Positions 47,011-56,963 of a DNA stretch of 64,000 nt are shown piece after piece. The notes beneath the pieces are model-generated. The model was given only the letters and a program-made list of their open reading frames with translations, did not search any database and had not been told where the DNA came from. Source of the stretch: Candidatus Aminicenantes bacterium. GTDB taxonomy: Bacteria > Acidobacteriota > Aminicenantia > Aminicenantales > JAFGBC01. Numbering within the stretch: the stretch's first letter is position 1; each line of letters starts with the position of its first letter. Where the stretch lies: the NCBI GenBank assembly GCA_963702005.1, contig OY969696.1, positions 4,064,001 to 4,128,000 of the forward strand. Direction: 5' to 3'. The position numbers and the translations under genes were made by a program.

Positions 47011-49104
47011 CTAGAAGCCTAAAGCGACAAGGTAGCTGATTTCATAATTCCTTACTTTTTTGTTATCTCCCATTATGCTCAGGACAAATCTTCCTGGTCC
47101 GACTTGCTGCATCAATCCTAATGAAGCTAGTGAGCCTTTCATTCCAGGGTTCTTGTACTGGTTAAAGCTTCCTGTGATGCTTAGTCCTGGCACGAGCTTT
47201 TCAAGGCTTGCATTTGCGCCCAGGCTTAGCGTGGTGAAAGGAGCCATGCCTTTTGCTGTTGTAGCAGTCGTGTATGCTCCTACTACTTGCACCTGGTTGC
47301 CTCCAAGGTCGAACATGCTGCTCAGGCTGAAAGCATTAGCCCTTCTGTCCCTTGAATTGATTGTGTCGTAGCTGAAGCTGATGTTGGCTTTCGGAGTATT
47401 CTTGGCAACTGTTAATCCTAGTGCGTTGTTATGGTTGTTAATATCAAATGTTCCTCTCACTCCAAGGTCAACTCCGAGCTTGCCAATCCTTGTGCTTCCC
47501 TGTGCAGAATAAACTTGTTCTGTAGGCGATAATAGCATTGCAATGGTTGCTCCCTGCTTTCCGTTGGTGAAGTTCATGGCAGCAGAGTTTCTTAATTTTC
47601 CGTCAACAAGCTCTGTTCCTGCTTCTAGCTGCATGTTCTTTCCCTTGTAATCAACATTCAATCTTTTTCCTTTTAATCCTGCCTTCACTCCATTACCCAA
47701 GTCCATAGTCATGTCAACTCCTTGAGTCATTGCATTCAAAGCAGTTGCAGTACTAGACCAAGTCTTAGAGCTCTTTGCAACTTCATAACACATAATGTCC
47801 TTGCCAACAGGAGTGATGTTGCCACTTTTGTCCTCTATTACGTCGCCGCTGTTAGTTCCAGTTCCTGCTAAATCATCAACATCATTAGTAAGCTCATAAA
47901 TCTCATCAATAAAAAAGAATAGCTTGAGTAGGTCAGCTTTGCACAGATCAGGATTAACTCCTGCCCAATCACCATAAGTGCCACCATACCAATGCACTCC
48001 AGGATTTCCATCACAACCTCCATATCCTGCTCCAAACATGGCTCCTGAGTCAACTTTTGTAATGTCGGCGTATTGGACCCATGTTGTGTTGTAAGCGCCC
48101 TTCAAGCGGCTTATAGCATCCAGTAAAGGTTGATCTGGTCCTGTTCTTTCCTCAATGTCCTTGCGGTCATAAGTCATGTTAGGGTTGTAGTACAATTCAC
48201 CCCATCCAGTATATTTTTGAGTGTCAATCAAATCATACCTGCTTCCGCCAGCAGTATTGTTCAATAAAATAATCACGTCATTCTCGCTAGCCTGCGGTGC
48301 TGTGAATGTTACGCTGCCTCCGGATTTGTTAAAAGCAATTAATTCTCCTAGGTGATTATTAACATTAGCCTTCCTAACAATGATGTGGTCCTTAAGTACT
48401 CCTGAGATTCCTGTAATGTTGTTGGCATCTATAGTTACTGAGCTTCCTGCGTCAATATTAGGCTTGGAATAATGAGTAATGTATCCTTGCGTATGATTGT
48501 AAACATCGAACTCAAGGTTAATTTTATTAATCTTAGCAGTTACGGGGGTCTTCTCGTTGAGAAGTTTGTATCCAAGATAGCCTAGGCCTGCTGCTCCTAC
48601 GAGACCTAATACCCACCAGTACCAACTGCTTCCTTTCTTTTCTTCTTCTTTCTTTTTCTGCTCATCCATCATCTTATTGAACTGCGCGACCTTGAGCGCG
48701 TTAGAGTAGAGTTTTTCTGTTTTCTCATCAAGGCCTGTTGTTTTCATTCCGAGGGCTTTTTGCACGCCTACTTCGTTGATGGCCTTGGCAAAGAATTCCA
48801 TTGCCTTCTGCCTGTTCTCGTCGCCTTCTTTCTGGGCGTATTCTGCTCCTTGTTGGATGTAAGATTTATACATCTGCTCCGGCGTGAATAGCCGGCCGAA
48901 CTGATCCGCTTCGGGAAGGATTAGCTTGCTCGCAGCTTTTGAATCATTTGCTTCTTGTTCGTTATTAGTGGCCGCAGCCCTGGCAAGTGTTCCTACTCCT
49001 AGGAATCCTGTCATTAGAAACGCTGCCAGTGTTTTTTGAAAGAATTTGAATTTTGGATTTTCAATGCGGGAAAAAAGGTTCCCTTTGCCCGCCGCTCGAT
49101 TCAT
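47011..49104 (-). CDS. AT-rich hypothetical exported protein with internal TM segment and predicted C-terminal beta-barrel
   Basis: 697-aa uninterrupted ORF in low-GC DNA; SD AGGAGGAGG; signal peptide; terminal Phe. Confidence 0.75.
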   Translation of the reverse strand: MNRAAGKGNLFSRIENPKFKFFQKTLAAFLMTGFLGVGTLARAAATNNEQEANDSKAASKLILPEADQFGRLFTPEQMYKSYIQQGAEYAQKEGDENRQKAMEFFAKAINEVGVQKALGMKTTGLDEKTEKLYSNALKVAQFNKMMDEQKKKEEEKKGSSWYWWVLGLVGAAGLGYLGYKLLNEKTPVTAKINKINLEFDVYNHTQGYITHYSKPNIDAGSSVTIDANNITGISGVLKDHIIVRKANVNNHLGELIAFNKSGGSVTFTAPQASENDVIILLNNTAGGSRYDLIDTQKYTGWGELYYNPNMTYDRKDIEERTGPDQPLLDAISRLKGAYNTTWVQYADITKVDSGAMFGAGYGGCDGNPGVHWYGGTYGDWAGVNPDLCKADLLKLFFFIDEIYELTNDVDDLAGTGTNSGDVIEDKSGNITPVGKDIMCYEVAKSSKTWSSTATALNAMTQGVDMTMDLGNGVKAGLKGKRLNVDYKGKNMQLEAGTELVDGKLRNSAAMNFTNGKQGATIAMLLSPTEQVYSAQGSTRIGKLGVDLGVRGTFDINNHNNALGLTVAKNTPKANISFSYDTINSRDRRANAFSLSSMFDLGGNQVQVVGAYTTATTAKGMAPFTTLSLGANASLEKLVPGLSITGSFNQYKNPGMKGSLASLGLMQQVGPGRFVLSIMGDNKKVRNYEISYLVALGF

Positions 49105-49289
49105 CGGTTCCTCCTCCTGATGCGATCAGAATGAATACCGCCCATAAATCAACCCTTGCCTCGGATTATGCCCGAAGCCGAAACCCAAAGGCAAGGGGCT
49201 GCAATGGATTTCGTCCGTGCACCCCCGAATGACGACACGCCCTCCGCGGTTGTGCTAAGATATAAATTTCGTATCTGGAGGAATGTCAG

Positions 49290-51653
49290 ATGCCGCTTCG
49301 CTTCAAACGCTTGAGCCCGATTCTCCTGCTTTTGCTCATCTCGGCCGCGCCCTTCCCGGCCAGAGCCCAGGCCCAGGATCAGGTCGGCCCGACGATACCG
49401 CCGATCGAGACGTTCATGAAGGGCGAGGATTTCGTCGGACGCGAGCCAACCTCGCCGACCTGGGCGCTCGACGGCAAGACCGTCTACTTCCGATGGAAGA
49501 AGCCGGGCGATCAGAAAGAGGAGATTTATGCCGTTTCGCTGGCTAAGCCGACGCCCCGGCCCGTCAGCGCCGATGAAATCCTCAAGAACCCGCCCGCCCC
49601 GAGACCGGACTCCGCCCGTTCCTATTATTCCTTCGGCGGGCTGGGCCTCGACCTCGAATACGACAAAACGCGGAAGCGGGCCCTGGTCAGCCAAGGCGGC
49701 GCCCTCTGGCTCCTCGAGATCGCTTCCGGGAAGAAGCGGCTGCTGACGGCCGTTGACGAGGGGACGAGTCAGGCCGGCTTCAGCTTCGACGGACAGAAAG
49801 TCTGGTTCCGCTCGGGCGACAACCTGTTCCTGCTTTCGCTCCAAGACGGGAGCCTGCGCCAACTGACCTCGTTCGCGAAAGAGAAGCCGCCGGCCGATCA
49901 GACGCCGGACGAGCTCGAAGCCTGGTACGCCCGGCAGCAGAAAGATCTCTTCAAGGAAATCGGCTCGTCGCGCGGCTGGTCGAGAGGGGACGACAAGTTC
50001 GCCGCCGCCTTCCAGGTCCCCCGCCGCAAGCCGTTCGTCCTCTCCGAGGGGGCGGCGTTGTTCGGGCTCGAGCTGTCTCCCGACGAAAAGTCGGCCCTCT
50101 TCCTCCTCTCCGAGGAAAAACTCGACGCCAAGGAGACCGTCGTCCCCTTTTACGTTACGCAATCGGGATTCACCGAAACGCGGCCCTCGCACTCCAAAGC
50201 CGCCTACCTGGGCCGGCCCGTCAAGGCCGGCCTGATGGACACCGCCTCGGGCGATATCAAATGGATCAACTTCGGGCAGGGCGAGCGGGGCGTTCGCCCC
50301 TCGGGGACCCTCTGGTCGCCGGACGGGACGACCTGCGTCATCGAGGCCTCCTCCGAAGACCGCAAGGACAGCTGGCTGTTCCGCTTGGATCTCGCGACCG
50401 GGACAACCGACGCCATCGAGCGCGTCCACGACGACGCCTGGGCGGGCGAGTACACGCTGGCCAACGTCTTCTGGTGTCCGGACGGCCTCCATCTTTCCTA
50501 CATCTCGGAGAAGGACGGCTTCGCCCATCTTTACAAGATCCCGCTGGCGACAAAGACGCCCGTCCAGCTGACGCGGGGCCGCTTCGAGGTCAGCGAAGCC
50601 CGGCTCTCCAAGGACGGCAAGCGGATATTCCTGACGACGAACGAACAGCACCCGGGCGAGCGTCACCTCTACGTCATGCCGGCCGAGGGAGGTCCTCGGA
50701 CGAGGCTGACCGAGCTCGAAGGCTGGAACGAAACGATTCTCTCGCCCAACGAGTCGGCGCTGGCCGTCCTCCATTCGACGACGACCGAGCCCGCCGAGCT
50801 CTACCTCCAAGCGGCCAAGCCCGGCGCCAAGGCGGTCCGGGTGACCCTCTCGACGACGGACGAGTTCCGGGCCGTCGCCTGGACGAAACCCGAGATCTTG
50901 AGCTTCAAGGCTCGCGACGGCGCCGACGTCTACGCCCGGCTCTACCGGCCCGCGACGCCGGCCCCGGCCGGGCCGGCCGTCATCTTCATCCACGGCGCCG
51001 GCTACCTTCAGAACGCCCACAAGGGTTGGAGCAGCTACTACCGCGAGTTCATGTTCCACGGCTATCTTACTGCTCACGGCTATCACGTCCTGGACGTGGA
51101 CTACCGGGGCAGCGCCGGGTACGGCCGCGATGTCCGGACCGCCATCTATCGCCACATGGGCGGGAAGGACTTGGACGACCTCGTCGACGGGGCCGCTTTC
51201 CTGGTCGCTCGATGCGGCGTCGCTCCGGACCGGATCGGGTGCTATGGAGGGAGCTACGGCGGCTTCCTGACGCTCATGGCCATGTTCAAGGAGCCCGCGA
51301 CGTTCCGGGCCGGGGCCGCCCTCCGTCCCGTGACGGACTGGGCCCACTACCACCCTTACTATACGGTCGACATCCTCAACCTTCCCCAGAAGGATCCCGA
51401 GGCCTATAAACAAAGCTCTCCGATCTATTTCGCCGAGGGGCTCAAGGGCGCGCTCCTCATCTGCCACGGCATGGTCGACACGAACGTCCATTTCCAGGAT
51501 ACGGTCCGGCTCGTCCAGCGTCTCATCGAGCTGGGCAAGGACAACTGGGAGGTCGCCTTCTACCCGGTCGAGGACCACAGCTTCCGGAACGCTTCGTCCT
51601 GGACGGACGAGTACAAACGGATCTTCAAGCTGTTCGAGACGAATCTCAAGTAA
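49290..51653 (+). CDS. S9 family (DPP-IV-like) prolyl oligopeptidase
   Basis: DYRGSAGYG, GGSYGG, HGMVDTNV, EDH catalytic triad. Confidence 0.92.
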   Translation: MPLRFKRLSPILLLLLISAAPFPARAQAQDQVGPTIPPIETFMKGEDFVGREPTSPTWALDGKTVYFRWKKPGDQKEEIYAVSLAKPTPRPVSADEILKNPPAPRPDSARSYYSFGGLGLDLEYDKTRKRALVSQGGALWLLEIASGKKRLLTAVDEGTSQAGFSFDGQKVWFRSGDNLFLLSLQDGSLRQLTSFAKEKPPADQTPDELEAWYARQQKDLFKEIGSSRGWSRGDDKFAAAFQVPRRKPFVLSEGAALFGLELSPDEKSALFLLSEEKLDAKETVVPFYVTQSGFTETRPSHSKAAYLGRPVKAGLMDTASGDIKWINFGQGERGVRPSGTLWSPDGTTCVIEASSEDRKDSWLFRLDLATGTTDAIERVHDDAWAGEYTLANVFWCPDGLHLSYISEKDGFAHLYKIPLATKTPVQLTRGRFEVSEARLSKDGKRIFLTTNEQHPGERHLYVMPAEGGPRTRLTELEGWNETILSPNESALAVLHSTTTEPAELYLQAAKPGAKAVRVTLSTTDEFRAVAWTKPEILSFKARDGADVYARLYRPATPAPAGPAVIFIHGAGYLQNAHKGWSSYYREFMFHGYLTAHGYHVLDVDYRGSAGYGRDVRTAIYRHMGGKDLDDLVDGAAFLVARCGVAPDRIGCYGGSYGGFLTLMAMFKEPATFRAGAALRPVTDWAHYHPYYTVDILNLPQKDPEAYKQSSPIYFAEGLKGALLICHGMVDTNVHFQDTVRLVQRLIELGKDNWEVAFYPVEDHSFRNASSWTDEYKRIFKLFETNLK

Positions 51654-51701
51654 AGAGCACTTCAAGATTTGACCCCGGTTTGTTTTTCCATATAATTGGG
51701 G

Positions 51702-52637
51702 GTGACCAAGGCGACCGTCATGGCCAACGCGCTCACGATCGAGAACCTCCACAAATCCTTCAAGCTCGGGTTTATCCCCAAGACGAAAGAGATCCTCAAG
51801 GGGATCAGCCTCTCCGTCGAAGAGGGGACGATCTTCGGCTACCTCGGGCCCAACGGCGCCGGGAAGACGACAACCCTCAAGACCGTCCTGGGCCTCATCT
51901 TCCCCGACCGGGGCGAGATCCGGATCTTCGGCGAGTCCCACCTCGCGTTCAAAGCCCGGGAGCGGATCGGCTTCCTCCCCGAAAACCCCTATTTCTACGA
52001 CTACCTGACGGCGGCCGAGTTCCTCGACTTTTACGGCCGTCTTTTCCGCCTCGGAAAGGAGGTCCGGACCGAGCGGGCCCGGACGCTTCTCAAGCGGGTC
52101 GGCCTGGAGGGGGCCGCCGACCTCCAGCTCCGCAAGTTCTCGCGGGGCATGCTCCAGCGGATCGGCCTGGCCCAGGCCCTCATCAACGACCCGGCCTTCG
52201 TCATCCTCGACGAGCCGCTGGGCGGACTCGACCCGATCGGACGCAAAGAGATCCGCGACCTGATCGTCCAGTTCAAAGCCGAGGGGAAGACCGTCCTCCT
52301 CTCCTCCCACATCCTCCAGGACATCGAAATGATCTGCGACCGGGTCGCCGTCATCGTCGGCGGCCTCATCCTCAACCAAGGGCCGCTCCACGAGCTGGTA
52401 TCCGAAAAAATTCTGTTCACCGAAATCGCCCTGTCCGAGATCGATCCCGGCCCGCTTGCAGGGATGGGCGAGATCGTATCCGTCCACGGGGGACGGGTCC
52501 TGCTCAAGGTCTACGACGAGGCCGAGGTCGAAAGCGTCCTGGCCCTCGTCCAGGCCAAGAAGGGCCGCCTCCATTCCCTCATCCCCAGGACCGAGACCCT
52601 GGAGGACATCTTCGTCGGGATGGTCAAAGGACAATGA
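51702..52637 (+). CDS. ABC transporter ATPase (PilH-like)
   Basis: GPNGAGKTT, FSRGMLQR, LDEP, SSH; start GTG 51702 or ATG 51720. Confidence 0.9.
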   Translation: MTKATVMANALTIENLHKSFKLGFIPKTKEILKGISLSVEEGTIFGYLGPNGAGKTTTLKTVLGLIFPDRGEIRIFGESHLAFKARERIGFLPENPYFYDYLTAAEFLDFYGRLFRLGKEVRTERARTLLKRVGLEGAADLQLRKFSRGMLQRIGLAQALINDPAFVILDEPLGGLDPIGRKEIRDLIVQFKAEGKTVLLSSHILQDIEMICDRVAVIVGGLILNQGPLHELVSEKILFTEIALSEIDPGPLAGMGEIVSVHGGRVLLKVYDEAEVESVLALVQAKKGRLHSLIPRTETLEDIFVGMVKGQ

Positions 52638-53398
52638 CGATCCGCGCCATCGCCCTCAACACCTTCAAGGAAGCGGTCCGGGACCGGATCCTCTACCTTC
52701 TCTTCTTCTTTGCGGCGGCCACCCTGGTCTTCTCGCGCGTCCTGGCCCTGCTGACGGTCGGGGACCGCATCAAGATCATCAAGGACGTCGGGCTGGCCTC
52801 GCTGTCTTTGTTCGGGACGCTGATGGCCGTCCTGATCGGGACGGGCCTCGTCTATAAGGAGATCGACAAGAAGACGATTTTCACCCTCCTCTCCAAGCCG
52901 ATCGGCCGCGGCGCCTTCCTGGTCGGGAAGTTCGCCGGGCTCGTCCTGACCTTGTTCGTCATGCTCGGCCTGATGAGCCTGATCTTCCTGGCCGTCCTTT
53001 TCCTCCATACCTTCCGGTTCGAGGCCTCCCTCCTCCTCGCCATCCTTTATATCTTCTTTGAACTCATCCTGATCACGGCCGTCGCCATTCTTTTCTCCTG
53101 CTTCTCGACGCCCATCCTGAGCTCGATATTCACCCTGTCCTTCTATCTGATCGGGCATACCTCCTGGGGACTGAAAGCCCTCATCAAGAAGATCCCGCCC
53201 GGCGCCGGACGAACCCTGGCCCGGGTCCTGTTCATCCTTCTCCCCGACCTCGAAAGCCTCAACTTCAAGACCGAGGTCGTCCACGGCATCGCCATCCCGC
53301 CTGCCGCCCTCGTCAACGGCCTCCTCTACGGGCTGTGCTATACGGCCTTCATCCTGGCCCTGGCGTCGCTCGTCTTCCGCAAGAGAGACTTCATCTGA
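52634..53398 (+). CDS. ABC-2 type permease (PilI-like)
   Basis: IALNTFKEAVRDR, EIDKKTIFTLLSKP, FRKRDF; ATGA overlap with ATPase. Confidence 0.85.
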   Translation: MTIRAIALNTFKEAVRDRILYLLFFFAAATLVFSRVLALLTVGDRIKIIKDVGLASLSLFGTLMAVLIGTGLVYKEIDKKTIFTLLSKPIGRGAFLVGKFAGLVLTLFVMLGLMSLIFLAVLFLHTFRFEASLLLAILYIFFELILITAVAILFSCFSTPILSSIFTLSFYLIGHTSWGLKALIKKIPPGAGRTLARVLFILLPDLESLNFKTEVVHGIAIPPAALVNGLLYGLCYTAFILALASLVFRKRDFI

Positions 53399-53402
53399 GG
53401 CC

Positions 53403-54242
53403 ATGAAAAAGCCGGTCGCCCTCATCCTCGTCCTGCTCCTTTCCTGCGGGGCGTTCGCCGGCCTCAAGCTCCGCGCGGACCGGATCACCCGGGCCAAGGT
53501 CCCGGGGGCTTCGATCATCTACATCCCTTCCGGAAAATTCCTCAGGTACGCCACACTCGGCTTCGCGAACCTGGCCGCCGACCTCATCTACCTCTGGGCC
53601 ATCCAGTACTTCAGCAACACGGCCGTCCCCGTCCGCTTTCACTACGTCGACCACGTCTTCGGGATCATCGCCGAGCTCGACCCGCGCTACATCGATCCTT
53701 ATGAAGTCGGCGCCCTGATCGCCATCTTCGACGCCCGCGACCCGGAGGCGGCCTTCGCCATCCTCAACCGCGGCCTGGCCAAGAACCCGGACCAATGGCT
53801 TTTTCCCTTCGAGGCCGGCCACCTGGCTTTAATGACGCTCAAAGACTTCAAGGTCGCCCAGGCCTACTTCCAGAAGGTCATGGACATCCCAGGCTCGCCC
53901 GAGATCGCCAAGCGCCTTTACGCCAACGCGGCCTACAAGCAGAGCGATTACAAGACCGCCTGGGAGACCTGGTCCGAAGTCCTTCGGACGACCAAGGACG
54001 AGAGGGTCAAGAAGTTCGCCGATAACCATCTCTACCAGGCCAAGTCGGCCATCGACAGCCAGGCCCTCGAGGAAGCCGCAAAAAAGTTCCGGGAGGCGAC
54101 GGGCCGGTTCCCGGCCGAGCTCGCCGAGCTCGTCCGCGCCGGACTCGTCCGGAAGATCCCCAAGGACTATGACGGCGCGGACTACGTCTATGACCCGAAG
54201 ACGGGCGTGGTCACGGCCCCTAAAAGCCCATGGAAGCGCTGA
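53403..54242 (+). CDS. TPR-containing pilus accessory protein (PilG/Xap-like)
   Basis: ADLIYLWAIQY, LDPRY, TPR helices; position between ABC genes and pilD. Confidence 0.6.
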   Translation: MKKPVALILVLLLSCGAFAGLKLRADRITRAKVPGASIIYIPSGKFLRYATLGFANLAADLIYLWAIQYFSNTAVPVRFHYVDHVFGIIAELDPRYIDPYEVGALIAIFDARDPEAAFAILNRGLAKNPDQWLFPFEAGHLALMTLKDFKVAQAYFQKVMDIPGSPEIAKRLYANAAYKQSDYKTAWETWSEVLRTTKDERVKKFADNHLYQAKSAIDSQALEEAAKKFREATGRFPAELAELVRAGLVRKIPKDYDGADYVYDPKTGVVTAPKSPWKR

Positions 54243-54994
54243 CCGTCGTCCTGGTCGGCCTTGCTCTGGGGAGCTTTCTCAACGTCGTCATCCACCGCGT
54301 CCCGAAAGGAATGAGCCTCGTCCGGCCGCCCTCGACTTGTCCGAAATGCGGGAAGGGCATCAAACCCTACGACAACATCCCCGTCCTCTCGTTCTTGATC
54401 CTGAGGGGCAAGTGCCGGTTCTGCCGGGCGCCCATCGCCTGGTCCTATCCCCTCGTCGAGCTCGCCACCGGCCTGACTTTTCTCCTGCTCTGGAATCGCT
54501 TCGACCTGACCCCGGACTTCTTCGCCGCCTGCGTCTTCAGCGGCGGCCTGATCGCCCTGAGCGTCATCGATTTCTACCACCAGATCCTGCCCGAGGTCAT
54601 CAGCCTCCCCTTGATCGGGCTCGCCTTCGGCTATGCATTCCTCCGGCCCGGCTTCGGATTCCTCCGGGCGTTGTTGGGCGCGGCCGTGGGCGCCGGCTTC
54701 CTGCTCCTCATCTACGGCGCTTACTACCTCCTCAGGAAAAAAGAGGGATTAGGCTTGGGCGACGTGATCCTGATGGTCCTCATCGGCGCTTTCCTGGGCT
54801 GGAAGCTCGTCATCCTGACGCTGATCTTGGCTTCGTTCGTGGGCGCCCTGGTCGGGATCTTCCTCATATCCTTCCGGAAGAAGGGCCTCCAGCACGCCCT
54901 CCCCTTCGGGACCTTCCTGGGACCGGCCGCCATCATCGCCCTCCTCTGGGGCGACCGGGTCATCGCCGCCTACCTGACCCTCTTCCCAAAATAA
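54230..54994 (+). CDS. pilD: Prepilin peptidase/N-methyltransferase
   Basis: GSFLNVVIHRVP, CPKC/CRFC, GLGLGD, PFGTFL. Confidence 0.93.
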   Translation: MEALTVVLVGLALGSFLNVVIHRVPKGMSLVRPPSTCPKCGKGIKPYDNIPVLSFLILRGKCRFCRAPIAWSYPLVELATGLTFLLLWNRFDLTPDFFAACVFSGGLIALSVIDFYHQILPEVISLPLIGLAFGYAFLRPGFGFLRALLGAAVGAGFLLLIYGAYYLLRKKEGLGLGDVILMVLIGAFLGWKLVILTLILASFVGALVGIFLISFRKKGLQHALPFGTFLGPAAIIALLWGDRVIAAYLTLFPK

Positions 54995-55084
54995 TTCTGG
55001 GGACACACGACTTAATTCCTGGGCTAGCCGGATTGGCATTTATATGGAAAAAAGAGGCGAATTAAGTCGTGTGTCCCCAGAATT
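54993..55084. repeat. Perfect 26-bp inverted repeat with 40-bp spacer (GGGGACAC type)
   Basis: AATTCTGGGGACACACGACTTAATTC (54993-55018) and its exact reverse complement (55059-55084). Confidence 0.9.
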
Positions 55085-55129
55085 GAGGACCGGTTGAATT
55101 TTGGTTCTGTCTAAGATATTCTTTTAAAC

Positions 55130-56959
55130 ATGCCCGGCTTTCCCGACGAGAAGAAGACGGCCCAGATCGTCGCCGCCGTCGTCTTTCTTTTTTTCCTGGG
55201 CTTCTCGCTGTCCGTCAATTTGCCCGTCATCTACGACGGATTCCTGTTCGCCGACCAGGCCGTTTACTACTCGATGGCCCAGAGCATCGCCTTCGATAGA
55301 GATCTCGAGTTCACCAAGAAGGACCTGGCCCGTTACTACCCCGATTTCAACGCGGGTCCCCAGGGGATATTCCTCAAAAAGGGCCGGGACGGCCGGATCT
55401 TCTTCGCCAAGTCGTTCGTCTATTCCTTGTTCGCGGCGCCCTTCGTCCGGCTGTTCGGCTCCAACGGATTCCTCGTCTTCCACTCCATCCTCCTGCTCCT
55501 CCTCCTGCTCATGGGCTTTAAATATTTCTCCCTGTCCGGACCTCCTCTGAGCGCGCTTCTCCTCGTCCTGACGTTCCTGTTCGCCTCGGTCGCCGGCGTC
55601 TATTTCATCTGGATGACGCCCGAGTTCTTCAACCTAACCCTCGTCTTCGCCATCCTGTTCCTCTGGCTCTACAAGATGAGAATCAAGGAGCGCGCGGCGG
55701 ACGGGCCGCCCGCCGCCCTCCCCACCGGCAAGCTGGAGGCCTTCTTGATGTCGGATACGACCGACTACCTGGCGGCCTTCCTGGCCGGTATCGCCGTCTA
55801 TACCAAGCCGCCCAACGCCGCCCTGCTCGGCCCCCTGTTGCTGGTCACCCTCGCCCGCCGGAAAGTCCTCAAGGCCGGCGTCATGGTCCTCTCCTTCCTC
55901 CTCTGCATCGCTCTATTGTTCAGCGCTAAGTCCATCCTGTCTTCGGACTGGTCGGACTGGAATTACCAAGGAGGGGAGCGCAAGGCCTTCTACTACGAAT
56001 TCCCGTTCGGGGACAAGGGACAAACCTTCGATACGGTCGGCTCGGCCATGACTTCGGAAGGCTACTTCGACCGCTTCCTTCTCCCCCCGAAATACATCGC
56101 CCTCAACCTTTTCTATTATTTCTTCGGACGGTTCACGGGCGCCGCTTGGTATTTTTTCCCGTCCCTCCTGTTTCTATTCCTTTTCTTCCGGGGACGCCGC
56201 GACCTCGCCCGCTGGCTCCTCCTGGCCGCCCTGGCCGCCGAGATCCTGTTTTACATCGTCATCATGCCCACCAACTTCGGGGGCGGCGGGGGGTCGCTGG
56301 CCAATCGTTACTTCATGCATATCTACCCGTTGTTCCTGTTCCTGCCCGACTTTAAAATCAAGAAACGGCATATAGTCGTCCCCTGGCTGGTGGCGGCCCT
56401 CTTCATCTCGCAGATTCTGATCAACCCCTTCCGGGGATCGGGCTACCCGGCGACCCACGCTAAGCGGTTCCCGATCAAAGCCCTCCCGCTCGAAATGACC
56501 CTGGTCAACGAGTGGCCGACCAACACCAATCCGTGGGGCTTCCGGATTCCGATCGGAACGCCCCCCAATGACGGATACCTCAACTTCCTCGACGATAATT
56601 TCTTCAAGAGGCTGGAGCCCACCGGCAACTGGACCTACTGGGACCGCGAATGCGAGATGGTCCTCAAGACGGGGCAACCGCTCAAGGAGATCGTCATCCG
56701 CCTTCTCAACAGCCCCCGGCTCGAAAACGAGATCCGGGTCAAGGTCGAAGGCCGGACCCAACGGATCACGCTCGGCTCCAAGCAGTGGGGGACGCTCCGC
56801 TTCCCGGTCGGCGACGGCTTCACGATGAAGACGACCCATCTCTACCACATCAAGATCAAGGCCGCCAAGGGCTCCATCCCCCATTACGAGGACGAGGACA
56901 ACCTCGAGCGCCGCATCCTGGGCGTCTTCTTCGAGATGGAGCTCATCCCGCGGAGCTAG
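55130..56959 (+). CDS. Polytopic membrane protein, GT-C glycosyltransferase-like
   Basis: FADQAVYYSMAQS after TM1; many TM helices; NRYF; periplasmic C-terminal domain. Confidence 0.6.
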   Translation: MPGFPDEKKTAQIVAAVVFLFFLGFSLSVNLPVIYDGFLFADQAVYYSMAQSIAFDRDLEFTKKDLARYYPDFNAGPQGIFLKKGRDGRIFFAKSFVYSLFAAPFVRLFGSNGFLVFHSILLLLLLLMGFKYFSLSGPPLSALLLVLTFLFASVAGVYFIWMTPEFFNLTLVFAILFLWLYKMRIKERAADGPPAALPTGKLEAFLMSDTTDYLAAFLAGIAVYTKPPNAALLGPLLLVTLARRKVLKAGVMVLSFLLCIALLFSAKSILSSDWSDWNYQGGERKAFYYEFPFGDKGQTFDTVGSAMTSEGYFDRFLLPPKYIALNLFYYFFGRFTGAAWYFFPSLLFLFLFFRGRRDLARWLLLAALAAEILFYIVIMPTNFGGGGGSLANRYFMHIYPLFLFLPDFKIKKRHIVVPWLVAALFISQILINPFRGSGYPATHAKRFPIKALPLEMTLVNEWPTNTNPWGFRIPIGTPPNDGYLNFLDDNFFKRLEPTGNWTYWDRECEMVLKTGQPLKEIVIRLLNSPRLENEIRVKVEGRTQRITLGSKQWGTLRFPVGDGFTMKTTHLYHIKIKAAKGSIPHYEDEDNLERRILGVFFEMELIPRS

Positions 56960-56963
56960 ATCG

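Noticed and set aside
49143-49197. CCCTTGCCT/AGGCAAGGG stem upstream of the AT-rich gene as a riboswitch
   Set aside because: No known aptamer consensus; overlaps a likely promoter (TTGCCT...CATAAT), so at most an operator
49149-52634. 1161-aa minus-strand ORF
   Set aside because: Antisense shadow of the S9 peptidase and ABC ATPase in GC-rich DNA; no recognisable motifs
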